DNA of 64,000 bases from a virus. Numbering within the stretch: the first letter of the stretch is position 1; every line of letters starts with the position of its first letter. The stretch lies in IMG/VR virus record IMGVR_UViG_3300045996_003052, positions 1-64,000 of that record; one strand, given 5' to 3'. A program made the translations under genes and the position numbers. The notes below the pieces were generated by a model. The model was not told the DNA's origin, did no database searches, and worked only from the letters and a program-made list of their open reading frames with translations. Below, piece after piece: positions 45,563-55,200 of the stretch.

Positions 45563-47404
45563 GTGAAGCCATCAGCTAATCAAGGATCGCTTTTTGTTCG
45601 AGAATCAATTTCTGGGTGGCGTGCGCCTGAAGTATTTCCTGAAATAGACTCAAGGTACACGCGTATTGGATTTGATACAGAAACTTCCCACAAAGGGTGG
45701 CGTGACCCAAAAAATAAAGTCGTCGGAGTTTCTTTAGCTTTAGAAGATGGCCGGGATTTCTATTTCCCGTGGGGACATCTTGGAGGTGGTAACTTAGATA
45801 AAAGTAGAGTTCTAAACTTCCTGAGCAAGACCCTCAAAGGTAAGACCTTAGTTTGCGCAGAAGCGAAGCACGAGATCCAGATGATGCGCCGGGAGGGCGT
45901 AGACTTCGAGGCTATGGGGTGTGCCATCCGAGAGGTTCAATACCCGCCCGCTCTATTATCTGACGCGCGGCGTTCTTTTCAGCTTAACGACTTAGCCAAG
46001 GACTTCCTTGGCCGCGAAAAGATCGACCTAGACGCGGCAAAGATCTGGGAAATGCCAGCTAGCGAAGTTGGCCCGTACGCCGAACTCGATGCCCGCCTAA
46101 ACCTAGACCTAGACACCGTATACGCACCGCTTATTCAAGAGCAAGACCTTGGAAAGGTTCTACAACTAGAATACGACCTGATCTACTGCGTTTGTGAGAT
46201 GGAGCGGAACGGAGTCCCGCTCGACGTACCTAAGCTAGCGCGTTGGCGCCGAGAGGCAGGGCAGCGGTGGGACCAGGCAGTCTACCAAGTCCACCGCGAC
46301 AGCGGGCTGAAACTCAACTTTAACTCGCCGCTCCAAGTAGCGCAGCTCTTTGACAAGCTCGGTCTTGAGTATCCCAAGACAGCGGGTACGAAGCAGCACC
46401 CTGAAGGTTTTCCAAGCTTCACCGACGCCTTCTTGTCGGACATCGACCACCCCCTGGTGCAGTCAGTGCGCCGGGCTAAAGCCGTCGATTCGTTGCGAAC
46501 CAAATACCTTGACAAGTACTGGGACGCACTAGTTGACGGCTACCTCCACTACAACCTTCACCAGCTGAAGGCAAACGAGTATGGTACTATCTCGGGAAGA
46601 TTCTCTTCAAGTAGCGTTAATATTCAACAGGTGTTTGATCCAGAACGACAAGAAGATAAGCTGGGCTTCATGGAGTGGCTCATCCGCGAACTTTTCTTGC
46701 CAGTACCTCCCAGGACACCTGGGAGATACTGGTGGGTTAAGCTCGACGCGTCCCAAATTGAATTTCGACTCTTTGTGCACTACTCGCGGTCTGCGCGGCT
46801 TATTAAGCGATTTTGTGAAGACCGTGGGGTCGACTTCCATCAAATGGTCGCCGACCTTTGCCGTATCAAGCGTAAGCCCGCCAAGAATATCAATTTCGGA
46901 AAACTATTTGGCATGGGCCGAGAAAAAATGGCGCGTCAGCTTGGACTACCGCAAGATGAAGCTGACAGTCTATTTGATCAGTACAACGCGATGTTTCCCG
47001 AAACCCAGGAGCTGATGAACGCCACAATGTCCCTGGCTAAGGCGCGCGGCTATGTGAAAACGAGACTCGGACGCCGAGCTCGTTTTCCCGACGGGGAGCG
47101 CCTGCATTCTGCCTTAAATAGGGTGATTCAAGGCAGTGCGGCAGACGTACTGAAGCTAAAGCTGTTGGAGGTCTACAACAACCGCAAGTTCTTCGACATC
47201 CATAAGCTGCTGTTCACAGTCCACGACGACATCAACATCGCGACCCAGAACCTACGACGGGTTCGAGACATTAAAGAATGTCTCGAAGCCCCCATACCCA
47301 ACCTGCCGTTTCGCGTCCCCATCCTGTGGGACGCGGACGTTGGTCCTAATTGGGCGGTTAACTACCGCGAGAAGCAGCAGACCAAACTAAGGAGGGCTGC
47401 GTGA
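45563..47404 (+). CDS. polA: Family A DNA polymerase with 3'-5' exonuclease domain
   Basis: FDTET, SGRFSSS, DASQIEFR, RKPAKNINFG, IQGSAAD, VHDD. Confidence 0.92.
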   Translation: MKPSANQGSLFVRESISGWRAPEVFPEIDSRYTRIGFDTETSHKGWRDPKNKVVGVSLALEDGRDFYFPWGHLGGGNLDKSRVLNFLSKTLKGKTLVCAEAKHEIQMMRREGVDFEAMGCAIREVQYPPALLSDARRSFQLNDLAKDFLGREKIDLDAAKIWEMPASEVGPYAELDARLNLDLDTVYAPLIQEQDLGKVLQLEYDLIYCVCEMERNGVPLDVPKLARWRREAGQRWDQAVYQVHRDSGLKLNFNSPLQVAQLFDKLGLEYPKTAGTKQHPEGFPSFTDAFLSDIDHPLVQSVRRAKAVDSLRTKYLDKYWDALVDGYLHYNLHQLKANEYGTISGRFSSSSVNIQQVFDPERQEDKLGFMEWLIRELFLPVPPRTPGRYWWVKLDASQIEFRLFVHYSRSARLIKRFCEDRGVDFHQMVADLCRIKRKPAKNINFGKLFGMGREKMARQLGLPQDEADSLFDQYNAMFPETQELMNATMSLAKARGYVKTRLGRRARFPDGERLHSALNRVIQGSAADVLKLKLLEVYNNRKFFDIHKLLFTVHDDINIATQNLRRVRDIKECLEAPIPNLPFRVPILWDADVGPNWAVNYREKQQTKLRRAA

Positions 47405-47564
47405 CAGCAACAGAAGAACAAGAAATGCATGAACTTGCATTACAGCTAGCAAACCTAACTTTTGGTTCAGGGTGGGAGGCAATGCGATATATGGCGATTG
47501 CCCAAGTAATGGAAAAGCTTGCTGAATACTGCGCGGTACGGTGTAAAAAGTGTGAAGGATCAAA

Positions 47565-48026
47565 ATGACGAAGCTAGCGTACAACGAGAGCTATTGGACG
47601 CGCCAGCTAATGGCGTACCTAGCTGAGAAACACCGCGACTGGCTCTGTTATAAGCTCGCCGACACGTTTACGTCGGGTATTCCTGACGTCCACGTAGCGG
47701 CAGAAGGGATGGCAACGTGGCTAGAGCTAAAGGTACTGCGGCCAAAGCAAAGTGTATCTGACCGCATTAAGATGCGGTCCGACAGGCACGCGAAGCTTCA
47801 ACTGCACGATATGTGTAAGATTGAAGATAATGGCGTCAACGCTGCGTACCTCTTCTTTTTTCCGCTTGGCGACCTTCACTACGTCGTGCTTAAACCGAGT
47901 ACCGTAAAGGAATGGGTCGACGTTGGAGATAGTCTAAGCTATCAGGAACTTTATCGTGATTCGTACGACGACTTCGTAAAGGTATCGAATTTCTGCGGAG
48001 GTGAGTACAGTGCGCTTCAATTTTGA
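47565..48026 (+). CDS. PD-(D/E)xK nuclease / Holliday junction resolvase-like
   Basis: E...GIPD....WLELK...Q. Confidence 0.75.
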   Translation: MTKLAYNESYWTRQLMAYLAEKHRDWLCYKLADTFTSGIPDVHVAAEGMATWLELKVLRPKQSVSDRIKMRSDRHAKLQLHDMCKIEDNGVNAAYLFFFPLGDLHYVVLKPSTVKEWVDVGDSLSYQELYRDSYDDFVKVSNFCGGEYSALQF

Positions 48027-48561
48027 CGACGTCGGCGATTTTCACCGAAAGTTTGGGCTTCACAACGTAACATACACCGCCGCAGAACCGGTAGAGTACA
48101 CTGATGACCTGATTAAATTCAGGCTTAAATTCCTACTGGAGGAGCTCCAGGAGATCGTGGAGGGCTGCGGCTACTGCGTCGCGCACGTCAGTGAACCTCA
48201 GGGCGGTTCCCACCTTGAGGCTGTCAAGAAACCCAACGGTAGCATGAAACACGAGGCCGTCTTCGACGGCCTCTTGGACCTGGCGTACGTGACCTTTGGC
48301 ATGGCGCACGTCCTCGGGTACCCGTGGCAGGACGGTTGGGACGAGGTGCAACGCGCCAACATTACGAAGGAACGCTGCGGCATCAACCACACGTACATAG
48401 ATTCAGGACACCAAGACTATGAAGGATGCGTTTCTTGCGGTAAACCACGCGAACAACATTCACTGCGCGGCTCAGCCTACGACGTCATTAAGCCGCGAGG
48501 TTGGCATGCGCCGGACATCAAGAGCATCCTAAAGCGCGTCGGATTTATCTTGGGTGGCTAG
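48001..48561 (+). CDS. MazG-like/PRA-PH all-alpha NTP pyrophosphohydrolase
   Basis: V.DFH.KF, EELQE, DGLLDLAYV, EVQRANITK, KP.GW.APD. Confidence 0.85.
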   Translation: MSTVRFNFDDVGDFHRKFGLHNVTYTAAEPVEYTDDLIKFRLKFLLEELQEIVEGCGYCVAHVSEPQGGSHLEAVKKPNGSMKHEAVFDGLLDLAYVTFGMAHVLGYPWQDGWDEVQRANITKERCGINHTYIDSGHQDYEGCVSCGKPREQHSLRGSAYDVIKPRGWHAPDIKSILKRVGFILGG

Positions 48562-48566
48562 AAAAA

Positions 48567-48604
48567 ATAGGGGTACAATGACACTATTGTCATTTTACCC
48601 CTAT
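48567..48604. terminator. Hairpin between convergent transcription units
   Basis: ATAGGGGTACAATGACA-CTAT-TGTCATTTTACCCCTAT. Confidence 0.7.
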
Positions 48605-48619
48605 GCGTTCCACAAGGGT

Positions 48620-48850
48620 TTACCCAGGAATCATCTCGCGCATGCGCGCGATGTCCTCGTCCAGGGCCGACGCGTTGGCCCTGAGCTTCGCTTCCAGCAT
48701 ATCCGCCAGTTCCGTTCCAGACGGCCCTGAGCCGGTGACTCCCTTTATGATCGCCGCAATGGCGACTACTGTTGACACGACGAGCGGAATTGCCGTGTTA
48801 GCGTTGATGAGCGTTTCAGTAAGGTCAGTAAGAACCCTGTTGATGTTCAT
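48620..48850 (-). CDS. Small membrane protein of the lysis module
   Basis: One hydrophobic helix plus a coiled coil. Confidence 0.55.
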   Translation of the reverse strand: MNINRVLTDLTETLINANTAIPLVVSTVVAIAAIIKGVTGSGPSGTELADMLEAKLRANASALDEDIARMREMIPG

Positions 48851-48851
48851 G

Positions 48852-49313
48852 TTAGGCGCTCTCCTTTAACTTGGCAATCTCGACCAGGGTGGTAGTGATG
48901 GTTTTTTGGGCCGCGCGAATTAAGTCAACAAGCTGTTGCGCGGAACCGCTTATCGGTACGCCGGCGATGACCACCGACATGTCCTGGCTAACGTTCTCCA
49001 AGATGACCAAAGCCTTGTCGACCAGGGAGAGGTCGGGGTTATTGACGTCGATCAAGCGCAAGATCCCCGGTAACGGTTCCAAGGCCGCGTTTACGGCCTT
49101 GAGGCGTTCAAGAACAGCAATCCCCTGCTCCGGCGTCAAGGCCTTCTGGTCGACCAGCGCCGTCGTCGCCTTCCTGACCTCGTCTACCGACTGCGCCACG
49201 GCTAGGCCAGTCTGCCCAGTCAATGTCACGACCCGGTTTCCATCGCAACTTGCCCCCATGGCCGCGTAAGCGGCCATGGCTATCAACACGAAACTGGCAA
49301 TTCTTTTTCTCAT
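48852..49313 (-). CDS. Lipoprotein of the lysis module (spanin-like candidate)
   Basis: Signal peptide with MGASC lipobox-like motif; helical body; AAGGAGG SD. Confidence 0.6.
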   Translation of the reverse strand: MRKRIASFVLIAMAAYAAMGASCDGNRVVTLTGQTGLAVAQSVDEVRKATTALVDQKALTPEQGIAVLERLKAVNAALEPLPGILRLIDVNNPDLSLVDKALVILENVSQDMSVVIAGVPISGSAQQLVDLIRAAQKTITTTLVEIAKLKESA

Positions 49314-49324
49314 TCCGTCCTCCT

Positions 49325-49711
49325 TTAGGTAATTTTCTTCGACGCCTTGACGTCGTGTGTCGGCATCTCCTGCGGCTTCCTGGTACCTTCGTACACGAGC
49401 TGCTGAAGTCCAAAGATACTAGCCCAGTCGAACGTTGTGAATCCAGCCCACATAGTGTTAACGTTAGGAAACGCGATGTTTAGGTCCCAACCTCCGGTGG
49501 TGGGGTTTGCTGCGAACGCCCAGTTAATACCTACTGCGGTAACCAAGGAAAGAAACGCGGCAACAAGCCGGTACGCCCAGACGTCAGCGGCTGGAAAGTT
49601 CTTAACCGAGTTTCGGTACCATTCCTGGCGCTTCAACCACTTCATAAGAAAGTACACGACCGCTGCCGCCGCCGACATCTGCTGAAACGTAAGTCCCGGT
49701 ACTGTATCCAT
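49325..49711 (-). CDS. Holin-like membrane protein
   Basis: Two to three hydrophobic segments and a charged C-terminus; near the endolysin. Confidence 0.55.
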   Translation of the reverse strand: MDTVPGLTFQQMSAAAAVVYFLMKWLKRQEWYRNSVKNFPAADVWAYRLVAAFLSLVTAVGINWAFAANPTTGGWDLNIAFPNVNTMWAGFTTFDWASIFGLQQLVYEGTRKPQEMPTHDVKASKKIT

Positions 49712-49724
49712 GCTGTCCTCCTAG

Positions 49725-51011
49725 TTAACGTACAAGCCGCACAAGTGAATTGCTAGGTCCCCAAACTTCTTCTTTGCGCCAGCCATTCATGGCCTTTGGC
49801 TCTAACGGGCCGCACCGAACACTTACCGCTCGGTTGTCGTGAAGAGACGTGTAGGTCCAAATAGGCTGGCCGTTGATGTCCACATCATCAACCGGACTGT
49901 CGTGGTTCTCGCTGTGGTTGTATTCACCCGTTTGCCACTCTGGTCCTATCTTGTTCCACACGTGTTCAACAATGGCGTCAAGACAGGTGGACTGTAATCC
50001 CGCTGGGATGCGTCCCCACTTTCCATCCTCGCAGTGGTAGGTGCTTCCCGGGGTCCAGAGCGCGCAAACACCGTGGTGCCACACGCTTTCCCGCGGCGCG
50101 GTGTTCGGGTCATTCTTGCCACCGGGGTAGTTGAAACCCGGCTCAACGATCTTGGCTGGCTCGTCAGAAATCGTAGGGCGCTTGAACTTTTCCTGAAACT
50201 CCTGCGCGTGTCGCGCCTTTCTGTGCCAGGCGCTGTCTCGTAGTGTGTGAATTGTACAGTATTTACCCTGTGGAGCGTTTTGGCTTCGCGCGTCGTTGTA
50301 GAAGAAGCCGTAGTCCCCACAGGACCAAAGCACGTCGTAACGGTTCACTGAACCAATGCCTAATAGGTCAATCCGGTTCACGTGAGGTTCGTTTGCATCT
50401 TCAATGAAGACGTTGTCGTGGTCCTTAGCAATATCGTACGCAGCTTGAAGAGACTGCCGCGCTCCGTCAAACGCCATGCATAGCGGCACAAATTCGCAAT
50501 AGATACCGAACCCAGCGAGTGTCTTAAAGAACTCTCCCAGCCGGTTGTATGAAAACCCAGCGTTGTAGTCTGGCGTTTCAAGCCAGGGAAGCCGTCCAAA
50601 AACACGCACGACATTTATGCCCTTCTGTTGAAAGAAAGTCAGATCGAAACGGATGTCCTCACCACGAAGAAACTTGCGATACCCTAAGAACCAAGAGTAA
50701 CCGTGCCAGGAGAAGAGCGAACCGTCCGGCTTCCTAAATGTCTTTTCCGACACAGACAGCTTGGCAATTTGACCTGGCGCGGGAGGACCCGGCTCACCAT
50801 AATCTACAGGGTCGACGCCGATTTCTTCCAGCACCCGCCTCACCGGTTTCTTGTCGACCAGGCGCCGCCACGCCATGTCCCCGATTTTTTCAAACAGATG
50901 CTCTACCTGGTCGTCGCTGAGTTCCTTTGGAAACGACTCAGGGTTCTTGTGGCGCCACGCTCGACCGATGCGGCGAATTTCGTCGAACACAAATTTACCG
51001 TAGTCCACCAA
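49725..51011 (-). CDS. Clan GH-A (GH5-like) TIM-barrel glycoside hydrolase
   Basis: GINVVRVF, DANEP (acid/base), TIH, ISDEP (nucleophile), TYH. Confidence 0.65.
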   Translation of the reverse strand: MVDYGKFVFDEIRRIGRAWRHKNPESFPKELSDDQVEHLFEKIGDMAWRRLVDKKPVRRVLEEIGVDPVDYGEPGPPAPGQIAKLSVSEKTFRKPDGSLFSWHGYSWFLGYRKFLRGEDIRFDLTFFQQKGINVVRVFGRLPWLETPDYNAGFSYNRLGEFFKTLAGFGIYCEFVPLCMAFDGARQSLQAAYDIAKDHDNVFIEDANEPHVNRIDLLGIGSVNRYDVLWSCGDYGFFYNDARSQNAPQGKYCTIHTLRDSAWHRKARHAQEFQEKFKRPTISDEPAKIVEPGFNYPGGKNDPNTAPRESVWHHGVCALWTPGSTYHCEDGKWGRIPAGLQSTCLDAIVEHVWNKIGPEWQTGEYNHSENHDSPVDDVDINGQPIWTYTSLHDNRAVSVRCGPLEPKAMNGWRKEEVWGPSNSLVRLVR

Positions 51012-51048
51012 TCACCTCCTTTCGTAACCTCCCACCTAAAGCGGGAAG

Positions 51049-51594
51049 TTACGAACAGATAATGCGCTGTAGCTTAGTTGTGCGGTTCCACCAACCCAGG
51101 GTCCAGATACGTTGTGACGGTTTCTTAGCAATTAGCCGCTGCATAAATTCCTCGCGGTACGTCATGAGCCTGAACGCCAGCAGCAGCTTGTCGTCAAACA
51201 GGTTATACGTGCCTAATGTAATCGGACCAATTACGCCGTCACGGTTGTCCATCCCCATCGCCGCCTGTAAGTCGGAGATCGCCGTCACCTGGCCGCTGTG
51301 GAAACCGTAGTCGTAGGTCACCAACTGGACCTTCCAGTTGGTGATGTCCGAAATCCGCGGCTCCTTCATAAACACTCTAACGCCGCAAGACACCGCCTCA
51401 TCAATTGTCAGATTCTTTACGTCCGCCTTAGTGACTACCAAATTGGGATTGCCGGAAACGAGTCGGCGGTAATACTGGATCGTGCGTAACGTAAAGCCAA
51501 ATTTCGTCGCTCCCCCGGTATCTAGGGGGTGGTCAGTGTAAAGTTTCCCTTCAAACGTGTCGATAACAAACCTAACGATGGCAGTGGGGGTCAC
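51049..51594 (-). CDS. Endolysin, glycoside hydrolase family 108
   Basis: FEG..YTDHP.D.GGATKFG, DGVIGP.T, GWWNR. Confidence 0.88.
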   Translation of the reverse strand: MTPTAIVRFVIDTFEGKLYTDHPLDTGGATKFGFTLRTIQYYRRLVSGNPNLVVTKADVKNLTIDEAVSCGVRVFMKEPRISDITNWKVQLVTYDYGFHSGQVTAISDLQAAMGMDNRDGVIGPITLGTYNLFDDKLLLAFRLMTYREEFMQRLIAKKPSQRIWTLGWWNRTTKLQRIICS

Positions 51595-51731
51595 CGCAGT
51601 AGCCTTATAACGATCAGGATCAGCGCTAGTACCACTAGCACGTGGACCAGGGAACCGCCTACGGGCACAACGAACGCCCCCGCAAGCCAGAGGATGAACA
51701 GAATCAGCGCGATAAGTAGTAGTGGGTCCAT
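51591..51731 (-). CDS. Small two-helix membrane protein (DUF5670/lmo0937-like)
   Basis: Manual translation MDPLLLIALILFILWLAGAFVVPVGGSLVHVLVVLALILIVIRLLR; GTGA overlap with the endolysin. Confidence 0.7.
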   Translation of the reverse strand: MDPLLLIALILFILWLAGAFVVPVGGSLVHVLVVLALILIVIRLLR

Positions 51732-51753
51732 GTCAGCTCTCCTTTTCCTACTG

Positions 51754-52248
51754 TCAATGTTGCTGTCTTAGAAGGTAGGTGTTCATCGCTTCAATTAAGC
51801 GGTCAATCTTTCGATCCTGTGCGCGCAGCCGTGCGCTCATCTCCGAGGTTTGTTTCACCGAGACAGCCGAGAGATCCTTCGTTTCCTCGACCGCGACCGC
51901 GCGATCGTAATTCGTGGTTGCATTTAATTCTTGCCACGCTTCAATATTCTGAAGCCTATTATGGATGTCTTCATGCTGCTTACGCATGAGTTCGGTCCGC
52001 TTTGCAAATTCGGCTAGGTCTGCAGTTGTCTGTTGGAACCGGCCTCCTGCGAGAAAAATCATGAGAATGACCCATAAGATGCGGTCAAGCGTAATATTTC
52101 GAGAAAGCCATTCAGTTAACGTTGACCCATTCTTCTTTAGTGCCTGAAGGCCGATGTTATGTCGAATGGCGTCGTCAACAACAGCGTGCAGCCAACGCTC
52201 CTGCTCTTCTTGGTTACGTCGATCTGGATTGTCGGGTTTCTCAGTCAA
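51754..52248 (-). CDS. Single-pass membrane coiled-coil protein
   Basis: ILWVILMIFLAGG transmembrane segment followed by heptads. Confidence 0.6.
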   Translation of the reverse strand: MTEKPDNPDRRNQEEQERWLHAVVDDAIRHNIGLQALKKNGSTLTEWLSRNITLDRILWVILMIFLAGGRFQQTTADLAEFAKRTELMRKQHEDIHNRLQNIEAWQELNATTNYDRAVAVEETKDLSAVSVKQTSEMSARLRAQDRKIDRLIEAMNTYLLRQQH

Positions 52249-52272
52249 GACAACCTCGCGAAATATTTCTAT

Positions 52273-55200
52273 TCATGTCGCAACCCTTACCATGTCCCAG
52301 GCCGTCAAAATTATCTGCTCCTCACCAAGGTTTGGGTTGATGAGGTGCCGCAGAATGAGAACTTGTGACTCCGACGCAGGGCGCAAACTGTTCCAATGGT
52401 CTACAAGTATCCGATCGCCAAGTTCATCATGCAGCGCCGTTAAATCTTGAGACGGCATTGGTATAGAGTAATGAATAGGCGCTTTTCGGTAACAGCTAAT
52501 AAAGTTTGACATCGCGGCTAGCGCTGTTGCAGGGTCCCTCGTACAATACAGCTGTAACGTCTCCGTCGGTTCATAAACTCTTCGTTGACCTTGAGTTCCA
52601 TGAGCTTGCTGCGACGGAATGTCCTCAACAGGCCCTTGGTCTAATACCCTAAACTGCCGTAGGTCTGTGTCCCAATCAAAGTCGTAATATAGCCGATTTA
52701 CGCGTTGTGAAGGAACCGGTGTTCCTTGCGGTAACGATTCTAGGTTATAAGGGAACTTATAGAGTCGCCCGGTGGTTAACGAAGCAGTCGTATACGGTAG
52801 TACAGGGAATGGTTGACCGAAATGATTTACCCCCATCAATGCGCCAAACGTTGAAAAGAATCGGCGAATAAATTCGCGAAGCGTCATAGGCTCGTCAATG
52901 CACCAGGCGCCTAAAAAGCCAATATCGTTACCTATTAAAGTTTTAGAAATTTGTTGCGCGCGTTCGTACATTGTAGTTTGGAGCACTGGTCGACTATCTA
53001 CGTATGTTTCAAGGGTGTGCATGTCCCCGCGCCGATAACCCTTGCCCCTATCCTTAAAAACGAACTCGTTAAAAAACAGTTGGAGCTGGTAGAAAGCTTG
53101 CGTAACTACCAAATTGTTCGTGCCGCGATAACCGCAAACGTTAAACGCAATCGTGACGGTTTCATCAATGTGGTGCTGCAGCCTAGGTCCCCGGATTAAA
53201 GCTGCGGTAAACCGAAACACCTCCCCATCCGAGTTTGCCTTCTCAATCCATGGGTTGGGAAACGGCCACTGCGGACTAGTCGGTAAAATGTACTCTACGC
53301 CTTCAAGGGACGGGTCCATTGGCGCCCGCGTCGGTTGTGCCTCAGGTGCCAGGTTTGAGGCATATGGGGTATCCTTAATCGTAACTTCACCAATGGACAC
53401 CACGATCATCCCCCAATAATCATCAACGGTACCAGAAACGGCCGTTGACTCAATCGGCGGGCTATAGCTCTTCGCGTGGTCTACGTCTGTAGTAGTCGGC
53501 GTTGGCGCTGGTTTCGCGCCATCGTTATAGTACGCGCGGTCGGGTTGCGTAGTACCTTGTCCGTATCCGTAATACGATTCATCTAGCCAGCTGGTAGGTG
53601 GACTTGTGTATCGCCCCCACCAGCGAACTTTGTTTTCGTCATTGGGTCCGGCGTCAAAATCGCACCGCATCTTTACGTAGTTACTCAAACCCAACGCAGC
53701 GTCTGTTGGGGCGTTCCGCACGACTAAAACGTCAGAAACGCGCGACTCGCCGTAAGGCGTAATGACGGACGCAAAAAAATACCTTGTTTGATCGCCTTCA
53801 GGGCCTACAAGTTCGTATTGAAGGTTACTGGGTGGTGGAACCATGGGCGGTGGTGTTGGGTCAATCTCACCGCCACCACCGATGCGATACATCCCAGTAT
53901 ATTTCCCTGGAATCAAACCCTTATCTGCTCGCAAACCATCAGCTGACTTAGACCCTACGTCGTTATGTTCGCCTAAAACAATAGGGTAATATAGCACTGA
54001 ATCTTCAGGTAAATTTTCGTGCTCGTCACCAATCGGGATCGCCAAGTCCCGCTCCAAGTTAAACGCGGAGAACTCAGAACCTATAATGTCGATGACCTCG
54101 AACGACACGATGCGTTCGTCGAGCAGCTGCGGGTGACCCGCTAAAATTCCCCTGAAGACCGTCCACGGTTCTAGGCCAGCCTCCAAGCCCTCGTCCGACA
54201 GCAGTAGGATGTCGCCCTCCCAGCCATCCCAGTACGACGTCTCCTCATCAGTCAGGAGTCCTCTGATAAGGCCGTCTTCGTCTGATACTACCACGGTTAT
54301 CCTGGTGACCTCGAACGCGCCGTTCGGCGTGGAGAGCGCCCGATCAATTTGCGAAATACTAATCAGGCGATCTTCCTTCCAGGAACCCGGCAGTGACTTG
54401 GGCTGGTACGACCACTCGAAAATGTCGGTACCAGCCGACATAGGGTTACGTTCAGCCCGTAATCTAAACCAGAAATTCGGACGTTTGGGGGTGGGCGGCG
54501 CTGATGGCGACGGTGAAGTGCTAGCTGATGGTGACACCGACGCAGATGGTGTTGGTGACGGCGACGGGGACCTTGACGGCGAAGCGCTAGCTGAGGGTGA
54601 GATCGACTGCGATGGCGAGACCGAGGGTGAAAGGCTAGGCGATAACGAAGCGGAAGGCGACCTCGAGGGCGATGGTGACTCGGAGGCAGACGGCGACTGT
54701 GATGCTGAAGGTGAAGGAGTCGGCGATGGCGAAGCCGAGGGCGACAGGGAGGCTGACTGGGAGATGCTCGCGCTTGGCGATTGTGACGGCGACTGTGACG
54801 CTGAGGGCGACTTTGAGGCGCTTGGTGACTCAGACGCCGATGGCGATTCAGAGGCCGACGGAGAAAGAGACGGAGACGGCGTTGGCGATGGCGACGCAGA
54901 GGGCGATAAGGACGCCGAGGGTGAAGTAGACTTTGACGCAGACGGCGACTTAGACGCCGAGGGCGACTTCGACGCGCTAGGAGACTTTGACGCCGACGTT
55001 GAAGGAGACTTTGACGCCGACGGTGACTTAGACGCGCTAGGAGAAATCGAGGGGGAAGAACTAGCTGACGGCGAAATTGATGCCGATGGTGAGCTACCAG
55101 AAATACCAGCTGCTACGTAGCCAACAAAGGCCGCGACACCATCAGCGGTATCCGCTACTATAGTAAATCCGCCGCTATCAAACGATTGAAGGTCGTGTTC

